From IMG/VR virus record IMGVR_UViG_3300050035_000427: a DNA stretch of 64,000 bases. One strand, written 5' to 3'. This DNA is from an uncultured virus (IMG/VR IMGVR_UViG_3300050035_000427). Lineage: Duplodnaviria; Heunggongvirae; Uroviricota; Caudoviricetes. How positions within the stretch are numbered: position 1 is the first letter of the stretch; every line of letters begins with the position of its first letter. A model generated the notes under the pieces. It saw nothing but the letters and a program-made list of their open reading frames with translations, was not told the origin of the DNA and ran no database searches. Both the position numbers and the translations under genes were made by a program. Shown piece after piece: positions 20,966 through 30,629 of this stretch.

Positions 20966-21407
20966 GATGATTCAACCCACGAAAGAAGTATACAAACTCG
21001 CTTTGGAACTTGCTTGCAAGGATACATGCAAGAATTTTCAGTACAGTCGTGATCCTGGTTACTTCATCCAATGTGCCGAACGGATCATCACTGAGAAAAA
21101 CCTCACTGTGATCGTAGTTCTACACTCGCAAAGCAGTAGGGAACACTTGCCGACAACCCTTTCTACAGCGGATCAGCAGTCCAAACTCCAGCTGAAGTAC
21201 ACGCATAAAGTGTCGTTGTAAGAGTTTATGCGTGATGGAGACGATCCTATTATCAAAGAGCATCGGATGGATTGTCCACGATGCCGAGCCTAGAGTGTAC
21301 TTGCTTTCGCAATCAATCACGACCAGACAGTCACTTTCTACCGATGATAAACATAGACTAGAGTACGAGTTGTTGACTTTTTCATTACCTCATATAGAGG
21401 TAATGAA

Positions 21408-22232
21408 ATGAAAGGGTACTACGTGTACATGTATCTTCGATCTAAGTCTTCTCCTAACGGAGAAATTGGAACTCCGTACTATGTTGGAAAAGGGAATGGA
21501 AGTAGAATTCAGGAGTTTCATGGAAGGCACATCGCAGTCCCAAAATCTTCAGAAAATAGACGGACGGTTTCTGAAGGGCTTAACGAAGCTGATGCTTTTC
21601 AACTCGAGATGCTCCTCATTCATCAGTATGGTAGGATAGATCTTGGAACTGGATGCCTTCACAACCTTACCGATGGAGGAGAAGGTGCGAGAAGGTCACT
21701 TAGGAAACCTCAATCAGAGGCGTTAAAGGCTCGTAAGAGTGTGATCATGAAGGAGTGGTACTTAAAGCATGGTGTTTCAAAGGAAAGACGAGATAAGATT
21801 CGTACAACTTTAACCAGGTACTACCAGCATAATACCAATCCTCGTGCTGGATCAGTAACGTCTGAAGAACAGAAGACGAAAGTAAGTCAGGCTATGAAAC
21901 AGGTATGGTCCGTTCAAGAACATCCAATGAAGGGGAAACCTAGGAGTGAATCTACTAAACAAGCCATGAGTGTGGGTATGAAAGAGTACTATAAAAATGG
22001 AGGAATACCTCCAGGATTAGGAGTTAGTCCAAGTGTACTTACACGCGAGAAAATAAGTCAAAAGTTAACAGGAGTTAAGCATTCTGAAGAAAGACGTAGA
22101 CGTCGAAGTGAACAAATGAAATCTATGTGGGCCAAAAGAAAGGCAGAAAAGAATGACGGGAATCGAATGGTACCAGTCTTGGTGGCAGGACGTTCCGTTG
22201 CTTATCTCCGAGACCAATGTCATCTATCGTAA
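21408..22232 (+). CDS. GIY-YIG homing endonuclease with NUMOD3 repeats
   Basis: YYVYMYLR...PYYVGKG...YGRIDLGTGCLHNLTDGGEG. Confidence 0.8.
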   Translation: MKGYYVYMYLRSKSSPNGEIGTPYYVGKGNGSRIQEFHGRHIAVPKSSENRRTVSEGLNEADAFQLEMLLIHQYGRIDLGTGCLHNLTDGGEGARRSLRKPQSEALKARKSVIMKEWYLKHGVSKERRDKIRTTLTRYYQHNTNPRAGSVTSEEQKTKVSQAMKQVWSVQEHPMKGKPRSESTKQAMSVGMKEYYKNGGIPPGLGVSPSVLTREKISQKLTGVKHSEERRRRRSEQMKSMWAKRKAEKNDGNRMVPVLVAGRSVAYLRDQCHLS

Positions 22233-22956
22233 GCAGATTGCTAAGGGTCTGTCAGACAAGGTTACAGCAACCAAGAAGAAGATCATCTCCGAGCGTGGAT
22301 GGGAGCCTTGCGCTCATCTGATTGAGAAGAATTTTAGTCAAACTCTTGAGGAACTGCATTTCTTCTATGTACCCAGGGGATGGTTGCCTGGGCCATGTTT
22401 TATCTTTCCTCAACGAGATCTGACGGGTGCCTTCACCCGAGCGCAGACAAGGCCCTTGTACAAAGTGGTCTACAACACAGAAGAGGGTGAGAGCACAGCC
22501 AAATACTGCGTTGCCGGTTGCAAGAAGGATGACTTCAACGGACCAATCTGGCTGGGCAATGATCCACGAACTTTACAGATGATCGTGGAATTGGGATGGG
22601 TTATCATTGTAGAAGGACCCTTCGATCTCTTGGCCTGTCGTCTTCTGTGTCCAGATACTCCTTTCCTTTGTTCCATGACCAAAAACATCGGCGAGAGACA
22701 TGAAGACTACCTTCGCATGATGGGCGTCACCAAGATATTTCTGATGTATGACAACGAAGCTCCCAAAGCAGGCAAGGATGTGGGAGCCGGAAACCTATCG
22801 ATGTGGAGGATTCAGAATCACATCAAGTGGTGCCAGGTAGACGTTATCCTCTCCCCAGCGGAAGATGCTTCGGCTTGCCTTAAGAACCCTGTTAAGGCTA
22901 GACTTCTCAAATCTCGAATTCTTTCAGCAGTTCCGGTATCAGTCACTCATGAATGA
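22153..22956 (+). CDS. DNA primase-like TOPRIM protein
   Basis: IIVEGPFDLLA, IFLMYDNE...GAG, PAEDAS; no Zn-binding domain. Confidence 0.7.
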   Translation: MTGIEWYQSWWQDVPLLISETNVIYRKQIAKGLSDKVTATKKKIISERGWEPCAHLIEKNFSQTLEELHFFYVPRGWLPGPCFIFPQRDLTGAFTRAQTRPLYKVVYNTEEGESTAKYCVAGCKKDDFNGPIWLGNDPRTLQMIVELGWVIIVEGPFDLLACRLLCPDTPFLCSMTKNIGERHEDYLRMMGVTKIFLMYDNEAPKAGKDVGAGNLSMWRIQNHIKWCQVDVILSPAEDASACLKNPVKARLLKSRILSAVPVSVTHE

Positions 22957-23176
22957 GTGGCAATTCTTTGAGGAAATGGACAGGGAAGACATGTTGTTAG
23001 CTGTTCCAGGCATCATACCGGGTCGTCCTCGATTCGGATATCCCAGTACGGAACCATGCTGGGTTTGTGGCAGGCACAATAACAACCAGGCCGAACCTCG
23101 ATTCCTCTATGTGGTCTGTGAAGATCACCAGAATGTTCCACCAACAGAGATAAACCGGAGATTCAGACCAGAGTGA
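22949..23176 (+). CDS. Small Zn-finger-like protein
   Basis: CWVCG...CEDH; overlaps both neighbouring genes. Confidence 0.5.
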   Translation: MNEWQFFEEMDREDMLLAVPGIIPGRPRFGYPSTEPCWVCGRHNNNQAEPRFLYVVCEDHQNVPPTEINRRFRPE

Positions 23177-23442
23177 GTGTCTACGTCGATCCGCTCTTCG
23201 AGTACGGAGGCAATGCGAAGCACAGTTGTCACATGTATGCCGACACCCTTGAAGAACTTCACGCCATGGCGAAGAAGATCGGGATGAGACGTGAGTGGTT
23301 TCAGAACAAAGAGAATGGCGACCTGCCCCACTACGATTTGGTCGAGAGCAGACGAGTGAAAGCAATAATGTTTGGAGCCGTGGAACATACCAGACATCAG
23401 ATGGTTGAGTATCGAAGAGCAAGGAGAGAATCGAATGTATAA
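23173..23442 (+). CDS. DUF4031 family protein
   Basis: VYVD...CHMYADTLEELHAMAKKIGMRREWFQ...PHYDL. Confidence 0.8.
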   Translation: MSVYVDPLFEYGGNAKHSCHMYADTLEELHAMAKKIGMRREWFQNKENGDLPHYDLVESRRVKAIMFGAVEHTRHQMVEYRRARRESNV

Positions 23443-24829
23443 GCGTGGAAATTGGTCTGTGCTGGGAGTGAAGAAAAACGACAAGCTGCTGGAAGCCATC
23501 GGTCAGCCAAGGATGATGCTGGAACTATCGGCTCTGGTTGCCCTGGTGAGTTGCAAGATGAAGGAAATCACGACGTCAGGCATCAATCCATTTGCTCAGC
23601 CTCGTCTGGATGAAACCATCTATGCAGTGACCAGTGATTCCACGGACGAGCCTTCAGACTTCCTGGAAAACTTGTACCACTATGCCAAGGACACCCCGGC
23701 TGACCGGGCGATCGCGGACATCGATCCCTACCTCCCATTCGTCGGACTCAGTGAATCCGACTACAGTCTGGGCGACGAGAAGTTTGCCTTCTGGTATGTC
23801 ATCAATCAGTGGAAGGACTCGAACGACGCGGCGAGCTTCAAGGAGAAGCTCTGCTACGAGAGGTTCGAACGTCCATATGCGTTCATCAGTGGAGACGACA
23901 AGAAGCGCATCGATGCAGAAGCCTCCTCACAGACGGCCATCCTCCGCCGGCAGTTTCCGGTCTTCATTGATTTCCGGGCGGGACTGATCTTCGCCGAGAC
24001 CACTGCAGGCCCCGAGATTGAGATCCTACTCGACACCTTCAAGACCATTGGGTTGGAAATCGAAGGTCGTCACTGGGAGTTTGACAACGATCCTCTCTGG
24101 ATGTTCAAGTTCCTGAACTTCGCGGCAGAGAACACCAAGTACAAGGAAGAATTCGCCAAGCGTGCCGAAGAACTGACCATGTTCTCCAAGGGCAACATTG
24201 CGAAGCTCGAGAACAAGGCCATGGAGGCAATTGTCTCGAACTACTATTCCTTGGCCGAACTTCCCAACTCTCTGTGGGCTGGCTTGAAGGCACCGGCTCA
24301 GTTCCGTCTGCATCCAGCGAGCGACACCCCTATTGGCGCCACGACACCGAGCAATGCGTGGACCGTGCTCAATTTCACGGATGATGCTCAAGTGTTCGCT
24401 TCGGGCGTGGTCATCCAGGAACTTTACACCAGGATCAACAAGGCTGACCAGAGCGAGAAGATCATCCGCAAGGATCTCTTCACCCTCACCATCGACCCAT
24501 CCATCAACAACTTGGACTTGGGCGTGGCCTTCCTCAAGGGATTCGATCTTCCCAAGATCAAGACGGAGATCAACCGTGAAGTGAAGAAGACCAAGACCAA
24601 CCTGGCAATCTCTCAGTACTGGATGCGCTGGCTCCAGGAAATGGAAGAGGCCGTCCTCACCTTCATCAGTTGTGTTCGCGACACCCTCGAACTTTCCGGC
24701 AGCGCCAAGGCTGGTATCCTCCCCATGGATCTCGACGATGACAAGAGCGGAACCTTTGTGATGGGCACGGACGTGAGTTCCGTCAGCGATTCGCCAGCTG
24801 TGGTGTTCATCGACAAGAAAACGGCATGA
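23435..24829 (+). CDS. Hypothetical protein, 464 aa
   Basis: Long codon-biased ORF with aggag RBS. Confidence 0.7.
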   Translation: MYKRGNWSVLGVKKNDKLLEAIGQPRMMLELSALVALVSCKMKEITTSGINPFAQPRLDETIYAVTSDSTDEPSDFLENLYHYAKDTPADRAIADIDPYLPFVGLSESDYSLGDEKFAFWYVINQWKDSNDAASFKEKLCYERFERPYAFISGDDKKRIDAEASSQTAILRRQFPVFIDFRAGLIFAETTAGPEIEILLDTFKTIGLEIEGRHWEFDNDPLWMFKFLNFAAENTKYKEEFAKRAEELTMFSKGNIAKLENKAMEAIVSNYYSLAELPNSLWAGLKAPAQFRLHPASDTPIGATTPSNAWTVLNFTDDAQVFASGVVIQELYTRINKADQSEKIIRKDLFTLTIDPSINNLDLGVAFLKGFDLPKIKTEINREVKKTKTNLAISQYWMRWLQEMEEAVLTFISCVRDTLELSGSAKAGILPMDLDDDKSGTFVMGTDVSSVSDSPAVVFIDKKTA

Positions 24830-24835
24830 GGACTT

Positions 24836-25141
24836 ATGACCGCCAAAGAAGAAGTGATTGAAATCCTCAACAGGATGAGATTCAACAGTGAGGACTTTAC
24901 TCCCGAGACCATTGCTGATGCTTTGGAAGCAGAAAATCTCATCTCAATGAACGCTCATCTCGAGGCTCTCCGTCGCATCAGTGAGGCCCTGGGCCATCCG
25001 TATAGAGGCGACACCACCAAGTCCTGTCTCGACCTGGCAGACCTTGCTGTCATCAAGATTGGAATTGGTCTTGGGAAAGAAGAGGATCTAAAGAACAATC
25101 CGTTCAGGCAGCACTGGATTGAAATGGGAATGAAGCCGTGA
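24836..25141 (+). CDS. Hypothetical protein
   Basis: gagga RBS; in operon. Confidence 0.55.
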   Translation: MTAKEEVIEILNRMRFNSEDFTPETIADALEAENLISMNAHLEALRRISEALGHPYRGDTTKSCLDLADLAVIKIGIGLGKEEDLKNNPFRQHWIEMGMKP

Positions 25142-25857
25142 GAGTTACCTGCATATCCGACACTCATGGATTCCAAGGCCACATGAGGTTGCCAGATGGA
25201 GATCTACTCATTCATGCTGGCGATTTTTCTATGAATGGAAATCCCATCCAGGTCCTCAATTTCCTAGCCTGGTTTGAAGAGGTGTGTTCGAAGTTTACCT
25301 ATGGCGGTATTCTGATTGCGGGTAACCACGACCTCACACTCGATCCAAATCGTTGCTCAAAGGAAAACTTTGTTCTCATCAGTCATCTGGTTCGACAGGG
25401 CAAACACTTCAAATACCTCGAAAACTCTCATGTGATCCTACCCAATGGCATCACAGTGTGGGGAAGCCCTTACACACCCTGGTTTCTGGGACACATCTGG
25501 GCTTTCAGTCAGACTGAGGACAAGCTCCAGTTGAACTGGTGGGGAATTCCTCAGGAGGTTGACATCCTCGTGACTCATGGCCCGGTGTGGGGCATTCTAG
25601 ACCAGATCATCCCCGGGAGCGGTGAACATCTGGGCAGTCCTTCACTCAGAAATCTCATCGACAGAGTCTTTCATGACATGAAACTTCATGTTGGAGGGCA
25701 CATCCACGGAGGGTACGGGATTCACCAGGATCCTCGAGATTCAAGTGGTCGAATTTTTGTAAATCCGTCTTTCGTAGACGAGCGGTATCATCCAGTGAAC
25801 GATCCTATTTCTGTGGAGATCAAGGAGAGAACAAATGGCTTCATCCAGAGGATATGA
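25138..25857 (+). CDS. Calcineurin-like metallophosphoesterase
   Basis: SDTH, HAGDF, AGNHD, THGP, GGHIH motifs. Confidence 0.9.
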   Translation: MRVTCISDTHGFQGHMRLPDGDLLIHAGDFSMNGNPIQVLNFLAWFEEVCSKFTYGGILIAGNHDLTLDPNRCSKENFVLISHLVRQGKHFKYLENSHVILPNGITVWGSPYTPWFLGHIWAFSQTEDKLQLNWWGIPQEVDILVTHGPVWGILDQIIPGSGEHLGSPSLRNLIDRVFHDMKLHVGGHIHGGYGIHQDPRDSSGRIFVNPSFVDERYHPVNDPISVEIKERTNGFIQRI

Positions 25858-26179
25858 ATCACGTGTTTTGAAGGAACCAGCCCCAAATCGTATACGAGAA
25901 CGCGATATGGACGAGTGTTGCAACGAGGCACCCAGTCCTTCTACGGACGACAGTTTGCTGAGAACAGCAGCCAGGAATCACGAACTTTCCTGTGACATTG
26001 CCACCCTGATCTGCAATGTTGAAGACCTCCTGTTCGAACCCCGCAAGGATGCCAGCGAGGGTAAGACGGTTGAATCTCCCAGGACGGTCGAGACCTTCTT
26101 GAACCAGACCGGCTCAAGTCTCCATTTCACCAAGAGACGTCTTGAGGTTCTGCTGGGCAGACTGGGAAGCAAGGGATAG
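25835..26179 (+). CDS. Hypothetical protein
   Basis: aggag RBS. Confidence 0.5.
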   Translation: MASSRGYESRVLKEPAPNRIRERDMDECCNEAPSPSTDDSLLRTAARNHELSCDIATLICNVEDLLFEPRKDASEGKTVESPRTVETFLNQTGSSLHFTKRRLEVLLGRLGSKG

Positions 26180-26180
26180 T

Positions 26181-27143
26181 TTGAACACAAACGTCCTCAT
26201 CATTGACGGAAGCAACGCGGCCCATCGCTTCAAGGCTGTGTTGCCTCCACTGAATGGCCCTCATGGAGAGCGGGTAGAGATCATGCTGGGACTTCTCCGC
26301 ATGATCTCCTCCACAGTTCGCAACAATACTGCCCAGGAGATCTACGTCTGCTGGGACGGTGATGGATCCCGGAAGATTCGAACAGACATCGATCCTGAAT
26401 ACAAGGCCAATCGAGGCGACAAGAACGACTTTGAGAAGAGCATGGACAGTCTCATGCACCGTCAGGTGGAATGGTTCTGGGAGCTCTTTGGTCAATATCT
26501 GCCGCTCACTTGGATCGTCTCGAACAAATACGAAGCTGACGATCTCATCGCGATGTTCTCTCATGCCTGCAGCAAGCGCGGCGAGAAGGCCCTGATCGTC
26601 TCCAACGACAAAGACATGCTCCAGCTGGTCACCAAGGAAGTCAGCATCTACAGTCCTTCCACCGAGAAGTACTGCACGCTGGCAAACTTTGCCGAGTACA
26701 GCAAGGGATTTCCCAGCCCAGAAGTCCACTTGATGGCCAAGATCCTCATGGGTGATGGTTCGGACAACGTCAAGGGAGTGGGTGGAGTCGGAGAGAAGAC
26801 CGCCATCAAGTTGCTGGAAGAGTATGGGACCCTAGACCGTCTCGTGAGTTACCAGACCCCGGCGCTCGAGAAGTTGAAGGTCGGAAGGAACATCAAGGCT
26901 GGCGTAGATCGCATCAAGATGAATCGGGAATTGATGTCGCTTTCACTTCCCTTTCACTTCCGACCGGACATGAAGTCGGTAGAAGTGAAGGAGGGAGTCT
27001 TGAATCCCGAGGCGTTTCGCAAGAGCTTGATCAAAATGGAGTTCATGTCCATCTTGGCTTCGTACACTCAGTTCATGCGCGCCTTCGAGTACAATCCAGT
27101 GTCAGAAGAACAAGAACTCTTTGATAACGAAGAGACGTTCTAG
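26181..27143 (+). CDS. 5'-3' exonuclease / flap endonuclease (PolA N-terminal or T4 RNase H family)
   Basis: IIDGSN, YKANR, YEADDLI, SNDKDMLQL, GDGSDNVKGVGGVGEKTA. Confidence 0.92.
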   Translation: MNTNVLIIDGSNAAHRFKAVLPPLNGPHGERVEIMLGLLRMISSTVRNNTAQEIYVCWDGDGSRKIRTDIDPEYKANRGDKNDFEKSMDSLMHRQVEWFWELFGQYLPLTWIVSNKYEADDLIAMFSHACSKRGEKALIVSNDKDMLQLVTKEVSIYSPSTEKYCTLANFAEYSKGFPSPEVHLMAKILMGDGSDNVKGVGGVGEKTAIKLLEEYGTLDRLVSYQTPALEKLKVGRNIKAGVDRIKMNRELMSLSLPFHFRPDMKSVEVKEGVLNPEAFRKSLIKMEFMSILASYTQFMRAFEYNPVSEEQELFDNEETF

Positions 27144-27178
27144 TAACCCATTGAAGACTGGAACGAGTAGAGGGTCAG

Positions 27179-27634
27179 ATGGAAATCGAAGTGATCACAG
27201 GCGATTGTGTCACTGGACACATCGTCGAACCTGAAGATGGCAGCAACCCCATTGGGTTCTCTGCTCGCAGTAACGATCACACCGGCTGGGTTCGTCTGAC
27301 CGTTGGTCAGGATGCAAACTCAGTATCCTTCGAAGGCAAGAAGGAAGAGCTTCAGAAGTTGGTTGCCGATATGCAAGAGGTCCTGAACGACATGACCGAA
27401 CCCTGGCCAGAGATATCTACCACGATGAATAACTTGCACTGGGATGGCAACCTGACTTGTGTTGAGATTGACAAAACGCACAGACACGTAACACTTGACG
27501 ATGCCGGTAGACCAGCTATAGATGGATACTGCGTGCCAGATACTGTGATTGGTCGTGCACAGCTTCAAATGGCACTACAAGCTGACGACATTGCAGGCTT
27601 TGCTCCGCTCGCTTTGGAACACGATGATGCCTGA
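27179..27634 (+). CDS. Hypothetical protein
   Basis: 151 aa ORF. Confidence 0.55.
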   Translation: MEIEVITGDCVTGHIVEPEDGSNPIGFSARSNDHTGWVRLTVGQDANSVSFEGKKEELQKLVADMQEVLNDMTEPWPEISTTMNNLHWDGNLTCVEIDKTHRHVTLDDAGRPAIDGYCVPDTVIGRAQLQMALQADDIAGFAPLALEHDDA

Positions 27635-27816
27635 CATGAGCATGGGATCTAAGAGACCAAAGCAAATGAATTGCCGATATGAACCGGCATATCCTGATCA
27701 TGCTACGGTGTGCTTTGCTGAACATGGAGGATCATCAATGGTGGTTCATTCTATTTCACAACGATGTTCAGTAGAATACCCACACGAATTCACAAATTGT
27801 GGCGAATTTGATCCTC

Positions 27817-28746
27817 CTAGAGTCTTAGCTGCCATTTTGGGAGTAGTTTCACCTCTTCTGTTCTGACCAATTCTTTCAATCTGTCATTGCTGACTTTTTG
27901 TGGGTTATCCTCTTCTGTTAGAACCTTGAATTTGTCTCCTAAAACAGCTTGGGCGGCTGCAAATTTGGCTTTGTTTCCGGCAGTATAGGTCAAGGCTTCG
28001 GGTTTTATCTCAATGAACTCTCCTGTGATTGGAAGGAAGAAATCGGCAAAGAAGGTCTTTGTACCAGTTGAGGTCTGATATGAGATTCCGTAGCATTTCT
28101 TCTCAGCAGTCTCCCAGACCACTCCTTCCTTATCAAATTTCAACATGTAGGAAAGCTCAAGGAGACTTCGAAAGTAGTGACCCTTATACCAACCACTCCA
28201 CCCACAACCAGAGCCAATAGGAGAAGGCTTTCCGAACATAGGGTTGTTGGAACCGGAAGAATCCAAACTTTGCTTTTCTTTGAATTTTGACAAACGAAGA
28301 TCAGCTTCTTCTTTACCAAATTTGGAGAGCCACACAGAGTAAAACGAACGACCACTCATTGGGTTATCACTGGTCATGAGATCACTGTGAGCCTTCTTGC
28401 GAGTTGGATTCCAAGGACGTCCTATCTTTGAGTTGACGTCTACTCTGAGACGACCAGCTTCATCTTCTCCGTACTTCTCTCTCCAAAGAGAATCCACTGA
28501 TTTACCAAACATGAGGTTCTTATTCCCAGTACACGAACGATGAAATTGAGCAGCTTTTTCTAAAGCAGTATTGGAAAGACGATGACCTTTTCTTTTGTCG
28601 CTTACGATCTTTCGAGCCTCCGTAGTCCATCGACGACTAGAGGCACATTTGCGACATATTCTGGATTCATTCATCGCCATTTGTTGTTCTCGCTGATTTT
28701 TGTGAATGACTTCACGACCACATTGAGGACAAATTCTTGGATACAT
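27817..28746 (-). CDS. Homing endonuclease, TnsA-like PD-(D/E)XK with NUMOD3 repeats
   Basis: FRSLLEL...ADFFL...IEIKP; NPMFGK repeats. Confidence 0.75.
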   Translation of the reverse strand: MYPRICPQCGREVIHKNQREQQMAMNESRICRKCASSRRWTTEARKIVSDKRKGHRLSNTALEKAAQFHRSCTGNKNLMFGKSVDSLWREKYGEDEAGRLRVDVNSKIGRPWNPTRKKAHSDLMTSDNPMSGRSFYSVWLSKFGKEEADLRLSKFKEKQSLDSSGSNNPMFGKPSPIGSGCGWSGWYKGHYFRSLLELSYMLKFDKEGVVWETAEKKCYGISYQTSTGTKTFFADFFLPITGEFIEIKPEALTYTAGNKAKFAAAQAVLGDKFKVLTEEDNPQKVSNDRLKELVRTEEVKLLPKWQLRL

Positions 28747-28802
28747 ACTAGAGAATTCGGTAGTCTCTTCCTTGAGGCAACTATCGGGATAGGACTTATC
28801 CC

Positions 28803-29942
28803 TTGTCTCTGATAACTCACAGACCCAAGAATTTCAACGATGTTGTGGGTCAGACTCGAGCAATTCGTGTGCTCACAGCAATTATGACCAAAGCTATCTT
28901 TATTCCAAGAGGTTTCCTACTCGAAGGGCAAGTAGGAACCGGCAAAACCTCTGTTGGCTACCTTCTTGCGAAGGCCCTGATGTGTCACAACGATCCTCTG
29001 GGCTGCAACAGTTGCCCTTCCTGCATTCTCATAGCCGAACAAGGAATTGAGCAGCACCCAGACTTCCTAGAAGTGGACGCGGCGAGCAATCGAGGGGTGG
29101 AGAACGCTCGCAACATCCTACTCCAAGCGGAGTCCTTGTCAGTTATAGGGAAGCGGCGGGTGGTGTTGATTGACGAGGCTCATGACCTGACAACGCTGGC
29201 CTGGGATGTCTTTCTGAAGCCTTTGGAAGTGAAGGACAACAACAGCGTGTTTATCTTCGCTTCGAGCGAGGGTGATTCCATTCCCAAGACCATCCGATCA
29301 CGTTGCGCCAAGGCTCGTTTCAACATCATTCCTGAGGATCTTCTGCTTGGTTTGCTCTGTAACACAGCCAATGCACACAACATCAAGTACGACATGGATG
29401 CGATGAAACTGATTGCCAGGGTGTCCAAGGGAATCGTGCGCGATGCCTACACCACTTTGGACTCGGTTGCTTCGATGGGATTGGTCACCAAGGAACTCGT
29501 ACAGGCTGTCGTAGATACAAGCCTAGACGATTCATGCGTGAAGATCTTTCTCCATATCCTTCGCAAAGAGCAAATCGAGGCTTGCAAGATCTGCGACGAA
29601 GCCTGTGGTGCCAACTCTCCGGTCAAGGTCATCCAGACGATGTTTGAAGTTTATGGCAGGGCGATCTTCAAGCCAGAGGGACCGGCTCATGAAGCCATTC
29701 GAGCCGGATTGGGTAACGTATCATTGGTTACTTCAGTTTTCATAAAGTGGAGCCTGCTTTCGAGCCTATCATTGGATGCGATGCCTTTGTTCATCATCGA
29801 CATGATGAACATGCTTGAACCTGAAAATAGACAGACAAACAGGCAAACGTATGTTATCTCCGGTCCTTCTAAATCAGATATGGCAGAGGAAGTACTCAAT
29901 ATTCGGGAGCTACTGCAGCAAACTGGTGGTCATGTCGATTAA
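28803..29942 (+). CDS. dnaX: DNA polymerase III gamma/tau-like clamp loader
   Basis: HRPKNFNDVVGQ, GQVGTGKTS, CNSCPSC, EVDAASNRGVE, IDEAH, TIRSRC, GIVRDA. Confidence 0.9.
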   Translation: MSLITHRPKNFNDVVGQTRAIRVLTAIMTKAIFIPRGFLLEGQVGTGKTSVGYLLAKALMCHNDPLGCNSCPSCILIAEQGIEQHPDFLEVDAASNRGVENARNILLQAESLSVIGKRRVVLIDEAHDLTTLAWDVFLKPLEVKDNNSVFIFASSEGDSIPKTIRSRCAKARFNIIPEDLLLGLLCNTANAHNIKYDMDAMKLIARVSKGIVRDAYTTLDSVASMGLVTKELVQAVVDTSLDDSCVKIFLHILRKEQIEACKICDEACGANSPVKVIQTMFEVYGRAIFKPEGPAHEAIRAGLGNVSLVTSVFIKWSLLSSLSLDAMPLFIIDMMNMLEPENRQTNRQTYVISGPSKSDMAEEVLNIRELLQQTGGHVD

Positions 29943-30053
29943 TCGAATATTTTCTTCAAATTGCTCGTTATGTGAAATTCACAGTATAGATTAGTAGCCA
30001 TCGGTGTCGGTTGTTCTCTGTTAACCTTGCCTTCACCGACAACTGAGGTTACT

Positions 30054-30629
30054 ATGTCCTGCATCTACTTGCTGACTAACGTAGTGAACAAAAAAGTCTA
30101 TGTTGGCAAGACAAAAGGAGATCCTCTCTTCCGTTGGAGGGAACACGTACACGATGCGAATAACGGAAGTATTCTTCCATTTCACTGTGCATTGCGTAAG
30201 TACGGAGTAGAGAATTTTCAGTTGTCAACTTTGGTGCTTGGAGATTACTCTAGAGAAGATCTGAATAATTTAGAAAAACAGTTCATCTCTGATTACCAAT
30301 CCTACCCTCCAAATCTTGGATTTGGATACAATTCCAGCCCAGGAGGAGATGGTGGTGCAGAGATTGCACTTGGACCAAAAAGTCAAGCAACTCGTGACAA
30401 GATATCAAAATCCAGACTGGGTTATGTGGTTCCTAGAGAGCAAGTAGAAAGACAGCGAGCTAAACTACTAGGAAGAAAGCAGTCTCCTGAGCACATTAAG
30501 AAGAGATTGGCTCATCTTGGGGATAGAAACCATAAAAACCTAGGAAGAACTTTGTCACCAGAGTGGAGAGCTCACATTTCTCTTGGTCTTCTAAAATGGA
30601 ACAGAAAGAAGACGGAGGTGGAGGCTTGA
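30054..30629 (+). CDS. GIY-YIG homing endonuclease
   Basis: CIYLLTNVVNKKVYVGKT...ALRKYG...GYNSSPGGDG. Confidence 0.85.
   Translation: MSCIYLLTNVVNKKVYVGKTKGDPLFRWREHVHDANNGSILPFHCALRKYGVENFQLSTLVLGDYSREDLNNLEKQFISDYQSYPPNLGFGYNSSPGGDGGAEIALGPKSQATRDKISKSRLGYVVPREQVERQRAKLLGRKQSPEHIKKRLAHLGDRNHKNLGRTLSPEWRAHISLGLLKWNRKKTEVEA

Noticed and set aside
4783..30629. Group I introns around the endonucleases
   Set aside because: Flanking genes appear complete and intergenic gaps are too short for an intron core
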